Origin: an uncultured Alphaproteobacteria bacterium
GTDB lineage: Bacteria; Pseudomonadota; Alphaproteobacteria; HIMB59; GCA-002718135
Direction: 5' to 3'
NCBI GenBank assembly: GCA_902577425.1
Contig: CACGZD010000001.1
Location: 113,860-177,859, forward strand
DNA: 64,000 bases
The position numbers and the translations under genes are program-made. Of the stretch, positions 41,485 through 53,271 are shown piece after piece. The notes under the pieces are model-generated. The model did no database searches and had not been told where the DNA came from. It saw nothing but the letters and a program-made list of their open reading frames with translations. Numbering within the stretch: position 1 is the first letter of the stretch; each line of letters opens with the position of its first letter.

Positions 41485-42063
41485 CTACAAAATATATTGG
41501 TTCATATGATCTTCAATAAGCTCTTCTGTTTTATTTGAAAAATCTTTTAAGCACTTATAAATCATATCATCAATTATTCTTTCTGTTTCTATTAAAGAAA
41601 TATATTTTCCAGAAGTTGTAGTCCGATTTGCCTCTACAATTGTGCTTGCTAATTTAAAATTAGAATCATCATATATAACAAATTCAACTAAATAATTAAC
41701 TTCATATAAAAAAATTGTTTTTTCTTCATATTTTTTTGAATCTATGTTTGGTATTTCAGTTTTCTTGACTGAAGCATCTATAACATTAATTTCAAAATGA
41801 TTATTCGCGCCAAAAGTTTGTATATTATTTTTAGTCCAATTGTTAAAATAGAATATTGGTGAGTTTTCTAGTGAATGATCAATAAATGGTTCAACAAATT
41901 TAGGCTCATATAAAATTATAGTATTCTTTTTTTCTGCATTAATAGATACCTTAGTAAACTGATTATAATCAAAAACTATAGGATCTAAAATCTCTACTTT
42001 TTGACATGATGAAATGAATACTAAAATAATAAATATAAATATTTTATTTTTATTTTTTAACAT
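41485..42063 (-). CDS. Hypothetical lipoprotein
   Basis: Signal peptide with lipobox (VFISSC). No family recognised. Overlaps the 3' end of argF by 14 nt. Confidence 0.5.
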   Translation of the reverse strand: MLKNKNKIFIFIILVFISSCQKVEILDPIVFDYNQFTKVSINAEKKNTIILYEPKFVEPFIDHSLENSPIFYFNNWTKNNIQTFGANNHFEINVIDASVKKTEIPNIDSKKYEEKTIFLYEVNYLVEFVIYDDSNFKLASTIVEANRTTTSGKYISLIETERIIDDMIYKCLKDFSNKTEELIEDHMNQYIL

Positions 42064-42958
42064 CTTTTAATAAATAATATAAAATACTTTGCTGTACATA
42101 TATTCTATTTTTAGCCTGCTCCCATACTAAAGATTTATTACTATCTATAACAGAATCGGTAACTTCTTCATTTCTATGCGCAGGTAAACAATGCATAAAT
42201 ATAGCTTGTTTTTTTGCTTTTTTCATAATTATATCATTAACTTGAAATCTTTTTAGCATTTTTAATTTACTTTGAGATTTTTTTTCACCCATAGAAATCC
42301 AAGTATCTGTCATAATACAATCAGAGTTTTTTAAAGCCCTATCAAAATCATCACAAAAATTAGAGTTTACTAATTTTTTATTGTTTAATTTTTTCTTAGC
42401 CATTTTCATAATTTTTTTAGGTATCAAAATATTTAATTTAAAATTAAATATTTCTGCAGCATGTATTAACGAAGTTAGCACATTATTAAAATCACCTAAC
42501 CAAGTTACTTGCTTGTTTTCAATTTTTCCTAATTTTTCAGTAATTGTAAAAATATCTGACAAAACTTGACATGGATGACTGTAGTTAGACAAACCATTTA
42601 TAATACTAATTTTGTTATAAGCAGCACATTGAACTAATTCTTCATGAGAATTATTTCTTATCATTAATACATCTATATACTGAGAAAGAGCTTGTAATAC
42701 ATCTGAAGTAGACTCTCGTTTACCAAATCCAATTTTTTTACTATCTAATTCTATTACATTTCCTCCAAGTTTCTGCATGCCTATATTAAATGAAACCCTT
42801 GTTCTTGTAGACTCTTTTTCAAATAATAAACCTAAAGATTTATTATTTAAAATATTTGAATATTTTTTTTGATTTTTTTTTATTTTAGTAGCAAAACTTA
42901 AAATATTCCCTAATTCAGTTTTTGTAAAATTATCTAAATCTATAAAATGTTTAATCAT
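42050..42958 (-). CDS. argF: Ornithine carbamoyltransferase
   Basis: Carbamoyl-phosphate motif STRTR, ornithine-binding HPCQ and HCLP motifs. Confidence 0.92.
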   Translation of the reverse strand: MIKHFIDLDNFTKTELGNILSFATKIKKNQKKYSNILNNKSLGLLFEKESTRTRVSFNIGMQKLGGNVIELDSKKIGFGKRESTSDVLQALSQYIDVLMIRNNSHEELVQCAAYNKISIINGLSNYSHPCQVLSDIFTITEKLGKIENKQVTWLGDFNNVLTSLIHAAEIFNFKLNILIPKKIMKMAKKKLNNKKLVNSNFCDDFDRALKNSDCIMTDTWISMGEKKSQSKLKMLKRFQVNDIIMKKAKKQAIFMHCLPAHRNEEVTDSVIDSNKSLVWEQAKNRIYVQQSILYYLLKDVKK

Positions 42959-44130
42959 AAATTCTCTTTAAAGGTTAAATCTATAATTTGTAATGCTTTA
43001 TCTATTTCTTTTTTGGTAACAATTAGTGGAGGTGCAAATCTTATAATATTATCTGCGGCGGGCACACATAATAACTTTTTTTGAATAAGCTTATTACTCA
43101 TTTCTTCATTGTTCATTTTTGTTTTTATTCCTATTAGTAATCCAGCACCTCTAATTTCAGTTACTCCTTCATACTTAGCTTCAATATTTTTTAAGCCATT
43201 CCATAAATAATTAGATTGCTTAATTACATTTTCTAAAAAACCTTCTTCTAGTATAATCTTAATAACTTCGATGCCCACTGACATTGCCAAAGGATTTCCG
43301 GCATATGTAGAGCCGTGAACGCCTTTGGTCATACCTATAGATGCTTTATTTGTAGCTAAACAAGCGCCCATTGGAAATCCTGAACCTATACCTTTTGCAG
43401 TAGCCACTATATCAGGCTCAAAATTTGCCCACTCATGAGCAAATAATTTACCTGATCTTCCAAAACCACTTTGAACCTCGTCTAAAAAAAATAATAAATT
43501 ATTTTTTTCACAGATTTTTTTTATATCATATAAAAATTTTAAATTAGCAGGTCTAATTCCCCCCTCACCCTGAATAGGTTCTATCATTATGGCAGCAGTA
43601 TTTTTGTTAATATTTTTTTTAACAGCCTCAATATCATTGAAAGGAATATTAATAAATCCAGATAATAACGGCTCAAATCCTTTAGAATATTTTTCATTTT
43701 GTTGTGCTGATAAAGCAGCAAAAGTTCTGCCATGAAATGCTCCTTCAAAAGTAATTATATTCTTTTGATCTTTATTGTTATGATAATGATGATAGCTTTT
43801 TATCACTTTGATTCCAGCTTCAATTGATTCAACTCCGGAATTAGTGAAAAATATTTTTTCAGCAAAACTATTTAAACATAAAAGTTTTGCATATTCCTCC
43901 TGTGTGGAATTATGATAAAGATTAGATATATGCCATAACTTAGAAGATTGAAGCTGCAAAGCTTTTACTAATCTAGGATGACAATGACCTAAAGAATTAA
44001 CAGCTATACCACTACCAAAATCAAGGTATTTATTATTATCTGTGGAAGTTAAATAACACCCTTGACCTTCGATAAATTCTAGATTTCTATCACCATATGT
44101 TGGCATTATATATGTTGAGTTTTTTGACAT
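42955..44130 (-). CDS. argD: Acetylornithine aminotransferase (class III PLP aminotransferase)
   Basis: Class III aminotransferase blocks (FTNSGVESIEA, DEVQSGFGRSGKLFA, TAKGIGSGFP). 4-nt overlap with argF. Confidence 0.88.
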   Translation of the reverse strand: MSKNSTYIMPTYGDRNLEFIEGQGCYLTSTDNNKYLDFGSGIAVNSLGHCHPRLVKALQLQSSKLWHISNLYHNSTQEEYAKLLCLNSFAEKIFFTNSGVESIEAGIKVIKSYHHYHNNKDQKNIITFEGAFHGRTFAALSAQQNEKYSKGFEPLLSGFINIPFNDIEAVKKNINKNTAAIMIEPIQGEGGIRPANLKFLYDIKKICEKNNLLFFLDEVQSGFGRSGKLFAHEWANFEPDIVATAKGIGSGFPMGACLATNKASIGMTKGVHGSTYAGNPLAMSVGIEVIKIILEEGFLENVIKQSNYLWNGLKNIEAKYEGVTEIRGAGLLIGIKTKMNNEEMSNKLIQKKLLCVPAADNIIRFAPPLIVTKKEIDKALQIIDLTFKENL

Positions 44131-44140
44131 ATTTCTACTT

Positions 44141-44911
44141 TTAATATTTTAATTTGTATCCAGTTTTAAACATTAAATAACAAAAAAATAACAAAATAGT
44201 ATTGAGAAAAATCAAAGTTAAACTGCCTATAATCAATGAACTGTCTGATTGTCCAATAAATGCAAATCTAAATCCATCAATATTATAAAAAAATGGATTA
44301 AAATATGCAAATTTTTGCCAGAATTCAGGTAATCTCGCTATAGAATAAAAAGTGCCAGATAAAAAGGTAAGAGGCAATACTATAAAATTTGTTATACCTT
44401 GTTGCTGATCCCATTTATCTGCCCATATTCCTACCATTGTTCCGAGTGTACCCATCATTAAACAACCCATAAAAGAATAAAATAGAAGTGCTGAAATTGA
44501 ATAAATTGAAATAGGAATAAAAATATAAATACTTATTCCTGTAACAATTCCACAGATTAATCCTCTGGCGATAGAACCCCCTACATAGCCAAATGTTAAG
44601 TCAACACTATCTAATGGTGCCATTAAAATATCTACTATATTACCTTGGGATTTAGCTTGGCCTATGCTGGAGGCTGAATTGGCAAATGAGTTTTGAAGCA
44701 TTGTCATCATTATTAATCCTGGAGCAATAAAATTAGCAAAATTAATACCATTTATAGTCTGAACAGTTCTACTTAAAGCTAAGTTAAAAACAGCTAAAAA
44801 TAGTAATGAGCTAATAGCCGGGCCAACTATAGTTTGAATGCCTACCTTTAGAAACCTTAAAACCTCTTTTTTAAATAATGACCAAAGAGATAGATAATTT
44901 GAAGAAATCAT
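44141..44911 (-). CDS. ABC-2 type transporter permease (YadH-like)
   Basis: Six predicted TM segments. The N-terminus after Met at 44911 (MISSNYLSLWSLFKKEVLRFLKVGIQTIVGP) fits the ABC-2 permease family start, so the track start at 44944 is probably too early. No adjacent ATPase gene. Confidence 0.68.
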   Translation of the reverse strand: MISSNYLSLWSLFKKEVLRFLKVGIQTIVGPAISSLLFLAVFNLALSRTVQTINGINFANFIAPGLIMMTMLQNSFANSASSIGQAKSQGNIVDILMAPLDSVDLTFGYVGGSIARGLICGIVTGISIYIFIPISIYSISALLFYSFMGCLMMGTLGTMVGIWADKWDQQQGITNFIVLPLTFLSGTFYSIARLPEFWQKFAYFNPFFYNIDGFRFAFIGQSDSSLIIGSLTLIFLNTILLFFCYLMFKTGYKLKY

Positions 44912-44970
44912 ACAATTGTTTATCCTGATTACATAATATATCATTTAATAAGAATAAACAATTTTTAAGA

Positions 44971-45450
44971 ATGCCTGAAATTTTTAATTTAGTAAAATAC
45001 GCTATAAATTACTTAAGCAAATATAGCTCAAGTAAAACAAATTTAGAAAGAATATTAAGAAATAAAATTAGAAGAACAAATATTGAGAAAAAAGAAAAAT
45101 TTACTTTATATAACTCAATACCTGAAATTATAAAAAAATTAGAAAAAAATAATTTTTTAAATGATTATAATTATGCAACTTCTAAAATTAATTTACTTAT
45201 TTCTAATGGTAAATCTAAAATTTTTATAAAAAATTATTTATTAAAAAAAGGAATAGATAAGAAATTATCTTCAGAAATATTTGCAGAATTAAATGAAAAA
45301 GATTCTAATTGGGAAATTAAATCTGCAAGAAAATTTGCAAGAAAAAAAAATTTTCAAAATACTAAAAATAATAATGAAAAAAATTTATCTAAAATGGCTA
45401 GAGCTGGATTTAGCTATGAAATAGCAAAAAAAATTTTAGAAGAAAGCTAA
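44971..45450 (+). CDS. recX: RecX-like regulatory protein
   Basis: Size and repeated three-helix pattern (AINYLSKYSSSKTNLERILRNK..., KIFIKNYLLKKGIDKKL..., KMARAGFSYEIAKKIL). Moderate sequence signal only. Confidence 0.55.
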   Translation: MPEIFNLVKYAINYLSKYSSSKTNLERILRNKIRRTNIEKKEKFTLYNSIPEIIKKLEKNNFLNDYNYATSKINLLISNGKSKIFIKNYLLKKGIDKKLSSEIFAELNEKDSNWEIKSARKFARKKNFQNTKNNNEKNLSKMARAGFSYEIAKKILEES

Positions 45451-46463
45451 TTGTTTTTTAAGTGAATTTTACCTTCAAGAAAAAGTGATATAGGTTTGGT
45501 AGTTTCAAATTTTTCAAAAGAAATTTTAATAATAGCAGTTAAAGGAGCTGCAAGTAAAACACCAATAATACCCCAAATCATACCCCAGAAGATCAAAGAT
45601 AGAATAACAGTTATTGGATGAAGACCAAATGTTTCACCAAAAATTTTAGGTTCTATTATATTGCCAATAATAATATGTACTATTGCAGGCAATAATATAA
45701 TCAAAACAAAAAAAGTAGGATCTTGAAATTGAAGAAAAGCAACAGGTATAGGAATTAAAACTGCTATAACAGATCCAAAGACTGGTATAAAATTTAATAT
45801 AAAGGTTAAAGTTCCAAAAATAAATGCTAGTTCAATACCTAAAAACCAGTAAATTAAACCTGCTAAAACACCAGTTGCAGAAGAAGTTATGAACTTGGTA
45901 AAAATATATTTTTTTACATTAAAAATTATTTCGTTCCATTCGTTTGAGGTATTAACATTTTTTTTACCTAACAATAGAAATAATGTCATAATTACAACAA
46001 GAACAAACTTTGAAATAAAATTGGCACTATTGCTTAGTATTGTTGAAGCCCAATCTAAAAAAGGAAGTGTTGTAAGAGTATTTCGAATAACTTCTCTATC
46101 AATTTCTACATCATATGCAGAAAGTTGGTTAATTATATAGTCAATCAATACTAATACTTTTGCATTATAATCATCAGCTGATTCAAGAAAAGTTCCCACA
46201 GAGCCAATTATGAAAGGGACAATAATTATAAATAAAATAACTATTAAAATTAAACTAACGAACACAGCTATAATTCTATGAACTCTTAGATTTGTGGTTT
46301 GAAAATCAATTATTGGATCTATAAGAATTCTAATTAATAGAGCCATTACAAAAGGAATCATTATAGGTTTAGTAAAATTCAGAGTGAAGGCTACTGCTAC
46401 TAAAGCTATAATCAATAATGAAGCTGTAATAAATTTATTGTTTTCTAGATTACTTTGATTCAT
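45447..46463 (-). CDS. AI-2E family transporter (PerM/YhhT-like permease)
   Basis: ~338 aa polytopic protein with the family-typical C-terminal region (NFIPVFGSVIA, GNIIEPKIFG, GVLLAAPLTA). Confidence 0.8.
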   Translation of the reverse strand: MNQSNLENNKFITASLLIIALVAVAFTLNFTKPIMIPFVMALLIRILIDPIIDFQTTNLRVHRIIAVFVSLILIVILFIIIVPFIIGSVGTFLESADDYNAKVLVLIDYIINQLSAYDVEIDREVIRNTLTTLPFLDWASTILSNSANFISKFVLVVIMTLFLLLGKKNVNTSNEWNEIIFNVKKYIFTKFITSSATGVLAGLIYWFLGIELAFIFGTLTFILNFIPVFGSVIAVLIPIPVAFLQFQDPTFFVLIILLPAIVHIIIGNIIEPKIFGETFGLHPITVILSLIFWGMIWGIIGVLLAAPLTAIIKISFEKFETTKPISLFLEGKIHLKNN

Positions 46464-47596
46464 TAAGTTTTATTTTTTGGATTAAATATTTCAGGTGCCT
46501 CCTCAGGAAAAGATTCTAAGTAAATAGATTGACTTGGAAAAGCAAAGCCAGCTTTATTTTTTTCAACTATTTCAATAATATTTACAGCTAAAGACTCTTT
46601 AATTTTCAAAAATTCTCCCCAATCATTTGTTTCAGTAAAGGCCTGTACAAGCATATCTATTGAGCTATCAGAAAAACTGTCAATTCTTACAAAAAAATTT
46701 GTATTTTCATTTTTGGCATATTTTGAGTCATCTTGAATTAAAGAACTTATCTGATCTCTAATACTTTTAAGTTGCTGTGTGGTTGTTCTATATTCCAAAC
46801 CGATAAGCCATCTAATCCTTCTATGGTGCCGACGAGTATGATTTATTACAGATTGTTCAGCAAATTTATAATTTGGTATCATTACTGGGGTGGTATCAAA
46901 TCTCCGTATTAAAGTAGATCTAAAACCTATTTGTTCTACAACACCTTCAACTTCACCAGAAACTAAAATAACATCTCCTATAGTAAAACGTTTTTCCATC
47001 AAAATCATAATGCCTGAAATTAAATTTTTAAATAAATCTTGAGCGCCTAAAGCAACAGCTACACCAAATAAACCTAAACCAGCAATAACAGGACCAACTT
47101 TTATGCCCCATAACTCTAAAATTGCTACTATACCTAAAACAAATATTAAAATTTTTAAACCTCTCAGTGTCCAGTCAACTAATGGTTTAGAAATTTTATC
47201 TTCAAATTTTTTTATTAAAAAAGAAAAAGGTACAACCAATTGATGCAACAACCAAAAAATAAAAATTGTAATAAGACTTCGATTAATCAAATCAATAAAA
47301 TTTTGAACATTTGAAGAAAAATCAATGTAAGAAGAAGCTATAAAAAATCCAATTACTACAGGCAAAAACTTTAAAGGACCTTCAATTACATCTATGATAG
47401 CATCATCAATTTGATTTTTTGATCTTAAGACAAACTTACTTAATCTTCTTATTATGAAACGAGCAAATAATCTTCTTAAAACATAAAAAAATAAAAAGAT
47501 AATTAGTCCTATTATAATTTCTGATACATTTATTCCAAAAATACCTTGAAACCATATTTCTTGAAAAAGGGTAAAAAACTGATTGAAAGCTTCCAT
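46463..47596 (-). CDS. Mechanosensitive ion channel family protein (MscS-like)
   Basis: TM3/beta-domain signature (GLGLFGVAVALGAQDLFKNLISGIMILMEKRFTIGD). ~377 aa. Confidence 0.85.
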   Translation of the reverse strand: MEAFNQFFTLFQEIWFQGIFGINVSEIIIGLIIFLFFYVLRRLFARFIIRRLSKFVLRSKNQIDDAIIDVIEGPLKFLPVVIGFFIASSYIDFSSNVQNFIDLINRSLITIFIFWLLHQLVVPFSFLIKKFEDKISKPLVDWTLRGLKILIFVLGIVAILELWGIKVGPVIAGLGLFGVAVALGAQDLFKNLISGIMILMEKRFTIGDVILVSGEVEGVVEQIGFRSTLIRRFDTTPVMIPNYKFAEQSVINHTRRHHRRIRWLIGLEYRTTTQQLKSIRDQISSLIQDDSKYAKNENTNFFVRIDSFSDSSIDMLVQAFTETNDWGEFLKIKESLAVNIIEIVEKNKAGFAFPSQSIYLESFPEEAPEIFNPKNKT

Positions 47597-47635
47597 TTAT
47601 AAACTATGTAAATTAATATTAAAAAATGTCATATC

Positions 47636-48172
47636 ATGAAAAAGATAAAATTATCCCTAATATTACTTATTTTTTTACTAACCAGCAATAAACTTATGGC
47701 TGAAAGTAAGTCAATTTATGATTTCAATTTTTTAGATATTGAGGGAAATATGGTCGAATTATCTATTTTTAAAGGAAAGCCTTTACTAATAGTAAATACA
47801 GCTTCTAGATGCGGTTTTACTCCTCAATATGAAGGACTTCAAAATCTTTTTACAAAATATAGAAAAACAGATCTTACAATCATAGCTACTACTTCAAATT
47901 CGTTTAATCAAGAATTTGAAAATCCAGATGATATTAAAAGAATATGTTTAGTTAATTATAATGTCGGTTTTATTACTTCTAGCCCCATAGAAGTTAAAGG
48001 TCCTAATACTCATCCAATGTTTAAATGGATTAAAAAAAATTATAATCAATCACCCAAGTGGAATTTTTATAAATACTTATTTAATCGTTATGGGACGCTT
48101 GAGGATTCTTGGAGTTCAATTACTAAACCTGACAGTAAAAAAATAATCAAAAAAATTGACAGTTTGATATAA
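47636..48172 (+). CDS. Glutathione peroxidase family protein (Cys-type, signal peptide)
   Basis: GPx motifs LIVNTASRCGFTPQYEGLQ and KWNFYKYL. Confidence 0.88.
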   Translation: MKKIKLSLILLIFLLTSNKLMAESKSIYDFNFLDIEGNMVELSIFKGKPLLIVNTASRCGFTPQYEGLQNLFTKYRKTDLTIIATTSNSFNQEFENPDDIKRICLVNYNVGFITSSPIEVKGPNTHPMFKWIKKNYNQSPKWNFYKYLFNRYGTLEDSWSSITKPDSKKIIKKIDSLI

Positions 48173-48174
48173 AA

Positions 48175-48200
48175 AAAGAGCCACTTTAAAGTGGCTCTTT
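48175..48200. terminator. Bidirectional intrinsic terminator between convergent gpx and groEL
   Basis: Perfect 10-bp stem AAAGAGCCAC-tttaaa-GTGGCTCTTT, with the A/T runs forming U-tracts in both orientations. Read directly from the sequence. Confidence 0.7.
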
Positions 48201-48226
48201 TCAATTATGATAGTTTAATTAAAAAA

Positions 48227-49906
<1,680 letters not shown>

Positions 49907-49917
49907 TTAATTATTAT

Positions 49918-50223
49918 TTATTTCTTTTTTTTGCTTGATGTAATGATCCCCATAATGTCAGATTCTTTCATTATAAGATATTCTTCTCCATTCATCTTTA
50001 CTTCTGTTCCAGACCATTTACCAAACAAAATTTTATCTCCTTTTTTAACATCCAAAGGCTCAAGTTTTCCGTTTTCGTTTCTAGAACCTGAACCAACTTC
50101 AAGAACTTCTCCTTCCATTGGTTTTTCCTGAGCTGTATCAGGTATTATTATACCGCCAGCTGTTTTTTCATCAGAGGCCACTCTTTTAACAAGGACTCTA
50201 TCATGTAATGGTTTAAAATTCAT
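49918..50223 (-). CDS. groES: Co-chaperonin GroES
   Basis: [14 protein letters not shown]...[18 protein letters not shown]. ~100 aa. Upstream of groEL. Confidence 0.96.
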   Translation of the reverse strand: MNFKPLHDRVLVKRVASDEKTAGGIIIPDTAQEKPMEGEVLEVGSGSRNENGKLEPLDVKKGDKILFGKWSGTEVKMNGEEYLIMKESDIMGIITSSKKKK

Positions 50224-50265
50224 ATTTTACCTCAATTTAAGTTATTGATATTTAGTAATTTTTTA

Positions 50266-50292
50266 TTAGCACTCTTTATCATAGAGTGCTAG
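50266..50292 (-). promoter_or_regulatory. CIRCE operator (HrcA binding site) upstream of groES
   Basis: TTAGCACTC-N9-GAGTGCTAg matches the consensus TTAGCACTC-N9-GAGTGCTAA at 17 of 18 positions. It lies 43 nt upstream of the groES start. A CTTGAA box (complement of 50317..50322) further upstream could be the -35 element. Confidence 0.88.
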
Positions 50293-50374
50293 TCATGTAA
50301 TCATTCTTATGAAGTATTCAAGAGGAATTTAAAAAATATTTATAATTTATTGTTAAACAGATAAAAAGGTGGTT

Positions 50375-51433
50375 ATGAATTATTTTTTTCAAGTATTTTC
50401 AAAAACTTTAGGTTTTTTGCTAGCTATAGTGTTTCTAATAGTTTTGATAAGCCTTTTTTTATTCTTTTTTAGAGAAAATCAACAAAAGTATTTTACTTAT
50501 TTAGAAGGAAATAAAGATTCTTCTGAAATTATTGCTATTTTAAAATTGAATGGACCTATAATTTCAGAACCTCCTAATTTTAATGATTATAAAATATTTC
50601 AAAATTTAGAGGTAATTTATCCATCGCTAATAAAAGAATACTTGAGAGAATTAGAACAAAACAATGCAAAAGGTCTAATAATATCAATAAACTCTCCAGG
50701 TGGTGGTGTTTCTGCTACACAAAAAATATATAATTCAATAAAAGACTTTAAAGAAAAAAATAAAATTCCTATTTTTTTTCATACTAAAGATATTCTTACT
50801 TCAGGAAGTTATTGGGTAGCTTTATCAGGTGATAAAATTTTTGCTGATTATGGAAGTATTATAGGAAGTATTGGTGTAAGAGGTCCAAATTGGCTATATT
50901 ATAATTCGCCAACTTTGTTATCTGAAGGTCTATTTGGAAGATCTGTAGAGTCACAAAATGGATTAAAATTATTTTCGAATACTGCTGGTATGTACAAAGA
51001 TATTTTTAATCCCTTTAGAAAACCAACAAAAGAAGAGATAAATAAACTACAAATCATGGTTGATGATATTTATGCTGATTTTGTTAATTTAGTTTCCATA
51101 AATAGAAAAATAGAAAAAAGAATTATTACTGATGAAATAGGTGCCATGGTTTTTAACTCAAAAAGAGCAAAGTTAAATTATTTAATTGATGATGAAAAAA
51201 ATATTAATGAAATTATTGCATTGATTTCAAAAAAATTAAAATTAGAAAATGAAAAAATTCTCATAAATAAGTATAATGAAAAATATAATTTATTTAATTT
51301 AAATTTTACTAACTTTTATAATAATAAAATAGCTAATAAAGATTTAAAAATTATGATTAATAAAAAGTTTTGTAATAATTACTATAACGAATTTAGTAGC
51401 ATAGCGCAAAATTATATATCAATTAATTGTTAA
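50375..51433 (+). CDS. sppA: Signal peptide peptidase SppA (36K type, S49 family)
   Basis: N-terminal TM segment and S49 motifs (INSPGGGVSA, SGSYWVA). I prefer ATG 50375, preceded by AAAGGTGG, over GTG 50369. Confidence 0.8.
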   Translation: MNYFFQVFSKTLGFLLAIVFLIVLISLFLFFFRENQQKYFTYLEGNKDSSEIIAILKLNGPIISEPPNFNDYKIFQNLEVIYPSLIKEYLRELEQNNAKGLIISINSPGGGVSATQKIYNSIKDFKEKNKIPIFFHTKDILTSGSYWVALSGDKIFADYGSIIGSIGVRGPNWLYYNSPTLLSEGLFGRSVESQNGLKLFSNTAGMYKDIFNPFRKPTKEEINKLQIMVDDIYADFVNLVSINRKIEKRIITDEIGAMVFNSKRAKLNYLIDDEKNINEIIALISKKLKLENEKILINKYNEKYNLFNLNFTNFYNNKIANKDLKIMINKKFCNNYYNEFSSIAQNYISINC

Positions 51434-52454
51434 AATTTAATATACTTTTTAATTTTTTAACTTTAACTATTAAATTTTTAAAATAATTACTTTCATCATA
51501 AATTTTAGGAATAATTGTTTTACGAGATCCAGGATTGTCAATATTTATCGAATCTGCTTCCAAATTAAAATAATCAAGATTTAAAATTTTTGCAATTGAG
51601 CTGTATCGATTTTTAAAAATATCTTCATATTTATGCTTATACTTTGGAGTAATCTCAATAATTTTTGTTCCTTTTTGACAAAACACCGTATTAACTAAAC
51701 CAGAACCAGTAGGTGATATGATAATTTCTGCACTTGAAAATAAGTCTATCTGCTCTGGTATACTAAGATTATGCAAATCTACAATTTGAAAGTTTAATTC
51801 AGATAAATAAGATAATACATCATTTTCATTTACTAAATTTCTATAGTTGCAGTTTTGTCTACTAATATATATTTTTTTCTTTTTACTTTTTTTATTAGAA
51901 ACCAAATTATTTAATATTTTAATAGAATTATTTTGATCTAAAAATTGTGGTATTTGTGAATTTTTAAATTTATAAAAACCATCATCTAAAAAAATAAATT
52001 TTGTTTCTATTTGATTTTTATTACAAATTATTTTTATAAAATTTCTAAATTTATTTGGAGTGTTTCTATGTAGTGCAATATTAATTTTTTTTTTATTTAT
52101 ATAAAAAATCCTTGGCAAAAAGCTAATTATATTTCTATAATAATTGTCCTGGGCACTAGATCCCAGAACAAAAATATCAGAAAAAGATTTGAAATTTTTT
52201 TTATTCAAATTAAAATTATTGATAAAATCTTTCTTATAAAAATTATCATATTTTAATGTATCTCCCCACATAAATAATTCAGAAAAAGTAAACATCTCAT
52301 CTGTGATAGGATAATAGTTATGTGTATCAAGATAAAAATTATCATTTAAAATATTACAAGTAAAATCAATATTATTACCTTTTATAGATTGAAACCGAGA
52401 AGATAGGTTGTCGAGTTTTTTTATTTCTAAATTATTATGGTCAGTAAGTTTCAT
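51423..52454 (-). CDS. Glycosyltransferase family 61 / DUF563-like protein
   Basis: C-terminal pattern of DUF563 enzymes (KIYISRQN...R.L.NE, FSSAEIIISPTGSGLVNTVFC). Its 3' end overlaps the convergent sppA by 11 nt. Confidence 0.6.
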   Translation of the reverse strand: MKLTDHNNLEIKKLDNLSSRFQSIKGNNIDFTCNILNDNFYLDTHNYYPITDEMFTFSELFMWGDTLKYDNFYKKDFINNFNLNKKNFKSFSDIFVLGSSAQDNYYRNIISFLPRIFYINKKKINIALHRNTPNKFRNFIKIICNKNQIETKFIFLDDGFYKFKNSQIPQFLDQNNSIKILNNLVSNKKSKKKKIYISRQNCNYRNLVNENDVLSYLSELNFQIVDLHNLSIPEQIDLFSSAEIIISPTGSGLVNTVFCQKGTKIIEITPKYKHKYEDIFKNRYSSIAKILNLDYFNLEADSINIDNPGSRKTIIPKIYDESNYFKNLIVKVKKLKSILNFNN

Positions 52455-52506
52455 TTTAATTTTTTTATCATTTTTTTTTGAACTTTGTCACTTTAAAAAA
52501 GCAAAT

Positions 52507-52583
52507 TGGCGCGCCCGAGAAGAGTCGAACTCCTAACCTTATGATCCGTAGTCATACGCTCTATCCAATTGAGCTACGGGCGC
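52507..52583 (-). tRNA. tRNA-Arg (anticodon ACG), CCA encoded
   Basis: The reverse complement folds as a cloverleaf: acceptor GCGCCCG/CGGGCGC, D-arm GCTC/GAGC, anticodon stem TATGA/TCATA with loop CTACGGA, T-arm AGGAG-TTCGACT-CTTCT. 77 nt. Confidence 0.93.
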
Positions 52584-52717
52584 TTTTAAAATTCAAAATT
52601 AAAATAGTTATTATATTCTTACTTAATATATAATTTATTTTAAAATTTCTATGATTTATAATATTTAAAGATTTCAATAATTGGCAAATTAAGTGCTTTA
52701 ATGTTAAAATCAAACTA

Positions 52718-53263
52718 GTGATAAAATCAATTTTATTCTTTCTATTTTTTTGTCTATTATTTAATGCTTCATATTCAAATGAAATTGGTCAAGTGACCGG
52801 GTATAAAATACCTCGATTTGTGTCTTTAAAATCGGATGAGGTCAATCTTAGAATTGGTTCAAGTACTAACTATCCAATCATTGTAAAATATGTAACCAAA
52901 AATATACCAGTTGAAATTACTGATGAATATAAAAGATGGAGAAAAATTACAGATATGCAAGGAAATGAAGGTTGGATTCATGGAGATCTTCTGAAGGGAG
53001 ATAGATTCGTAATAATTATTAAGAATAATAAATCGATAATTCATATGTATTCAAAACCAGATGGAGTTCCAATAGGAGAAATAGGAGAGTCAAATATTGC
53101 AAAAATAAAAGTTTGTTTAGAAAAATGGTGTAAAATAAAATTTGAAAGTCATAAAGGTTGGGTTAATAAAAAAAATTTATGGGGTGTTTATGAAAAAGAA
53201 GAAGTCAATATACCCTTCTACCAACCAATAATTAATTTAATTTGGAAATTAAATTTATACTAA
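52718..53263 (+). CDS. Secreted bacterial SH3-domain protein (DUF1058-like)
   Basis: Signal peptide and two SH3-like segments (PRFVSLKSDEVNLRIGSSTNYPI...WRKI.D..GNEGWIH, and ...WCKIKFESHKGWVNKKNLWGV). GTG start. Confidence 0.65.
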   Translation: MIKSILFFLFFCLLFNASYSNEIGQVTGYKIPRFVSLKSDEVNLRIGSSTNYPIIVKYVTKNIPVEITDEYKRWRKITDMQGNEGWIHGDLLKGDRFVIIIKNNKSIIHMYSKPDGVPIGEIGESNIAKIKVCLEKWCKIKFESHKGWVNKKNLWGVYEKEEVNIPFYQPIINLIWKLNLY

Positions 53264-53271
53264 AATCATAT

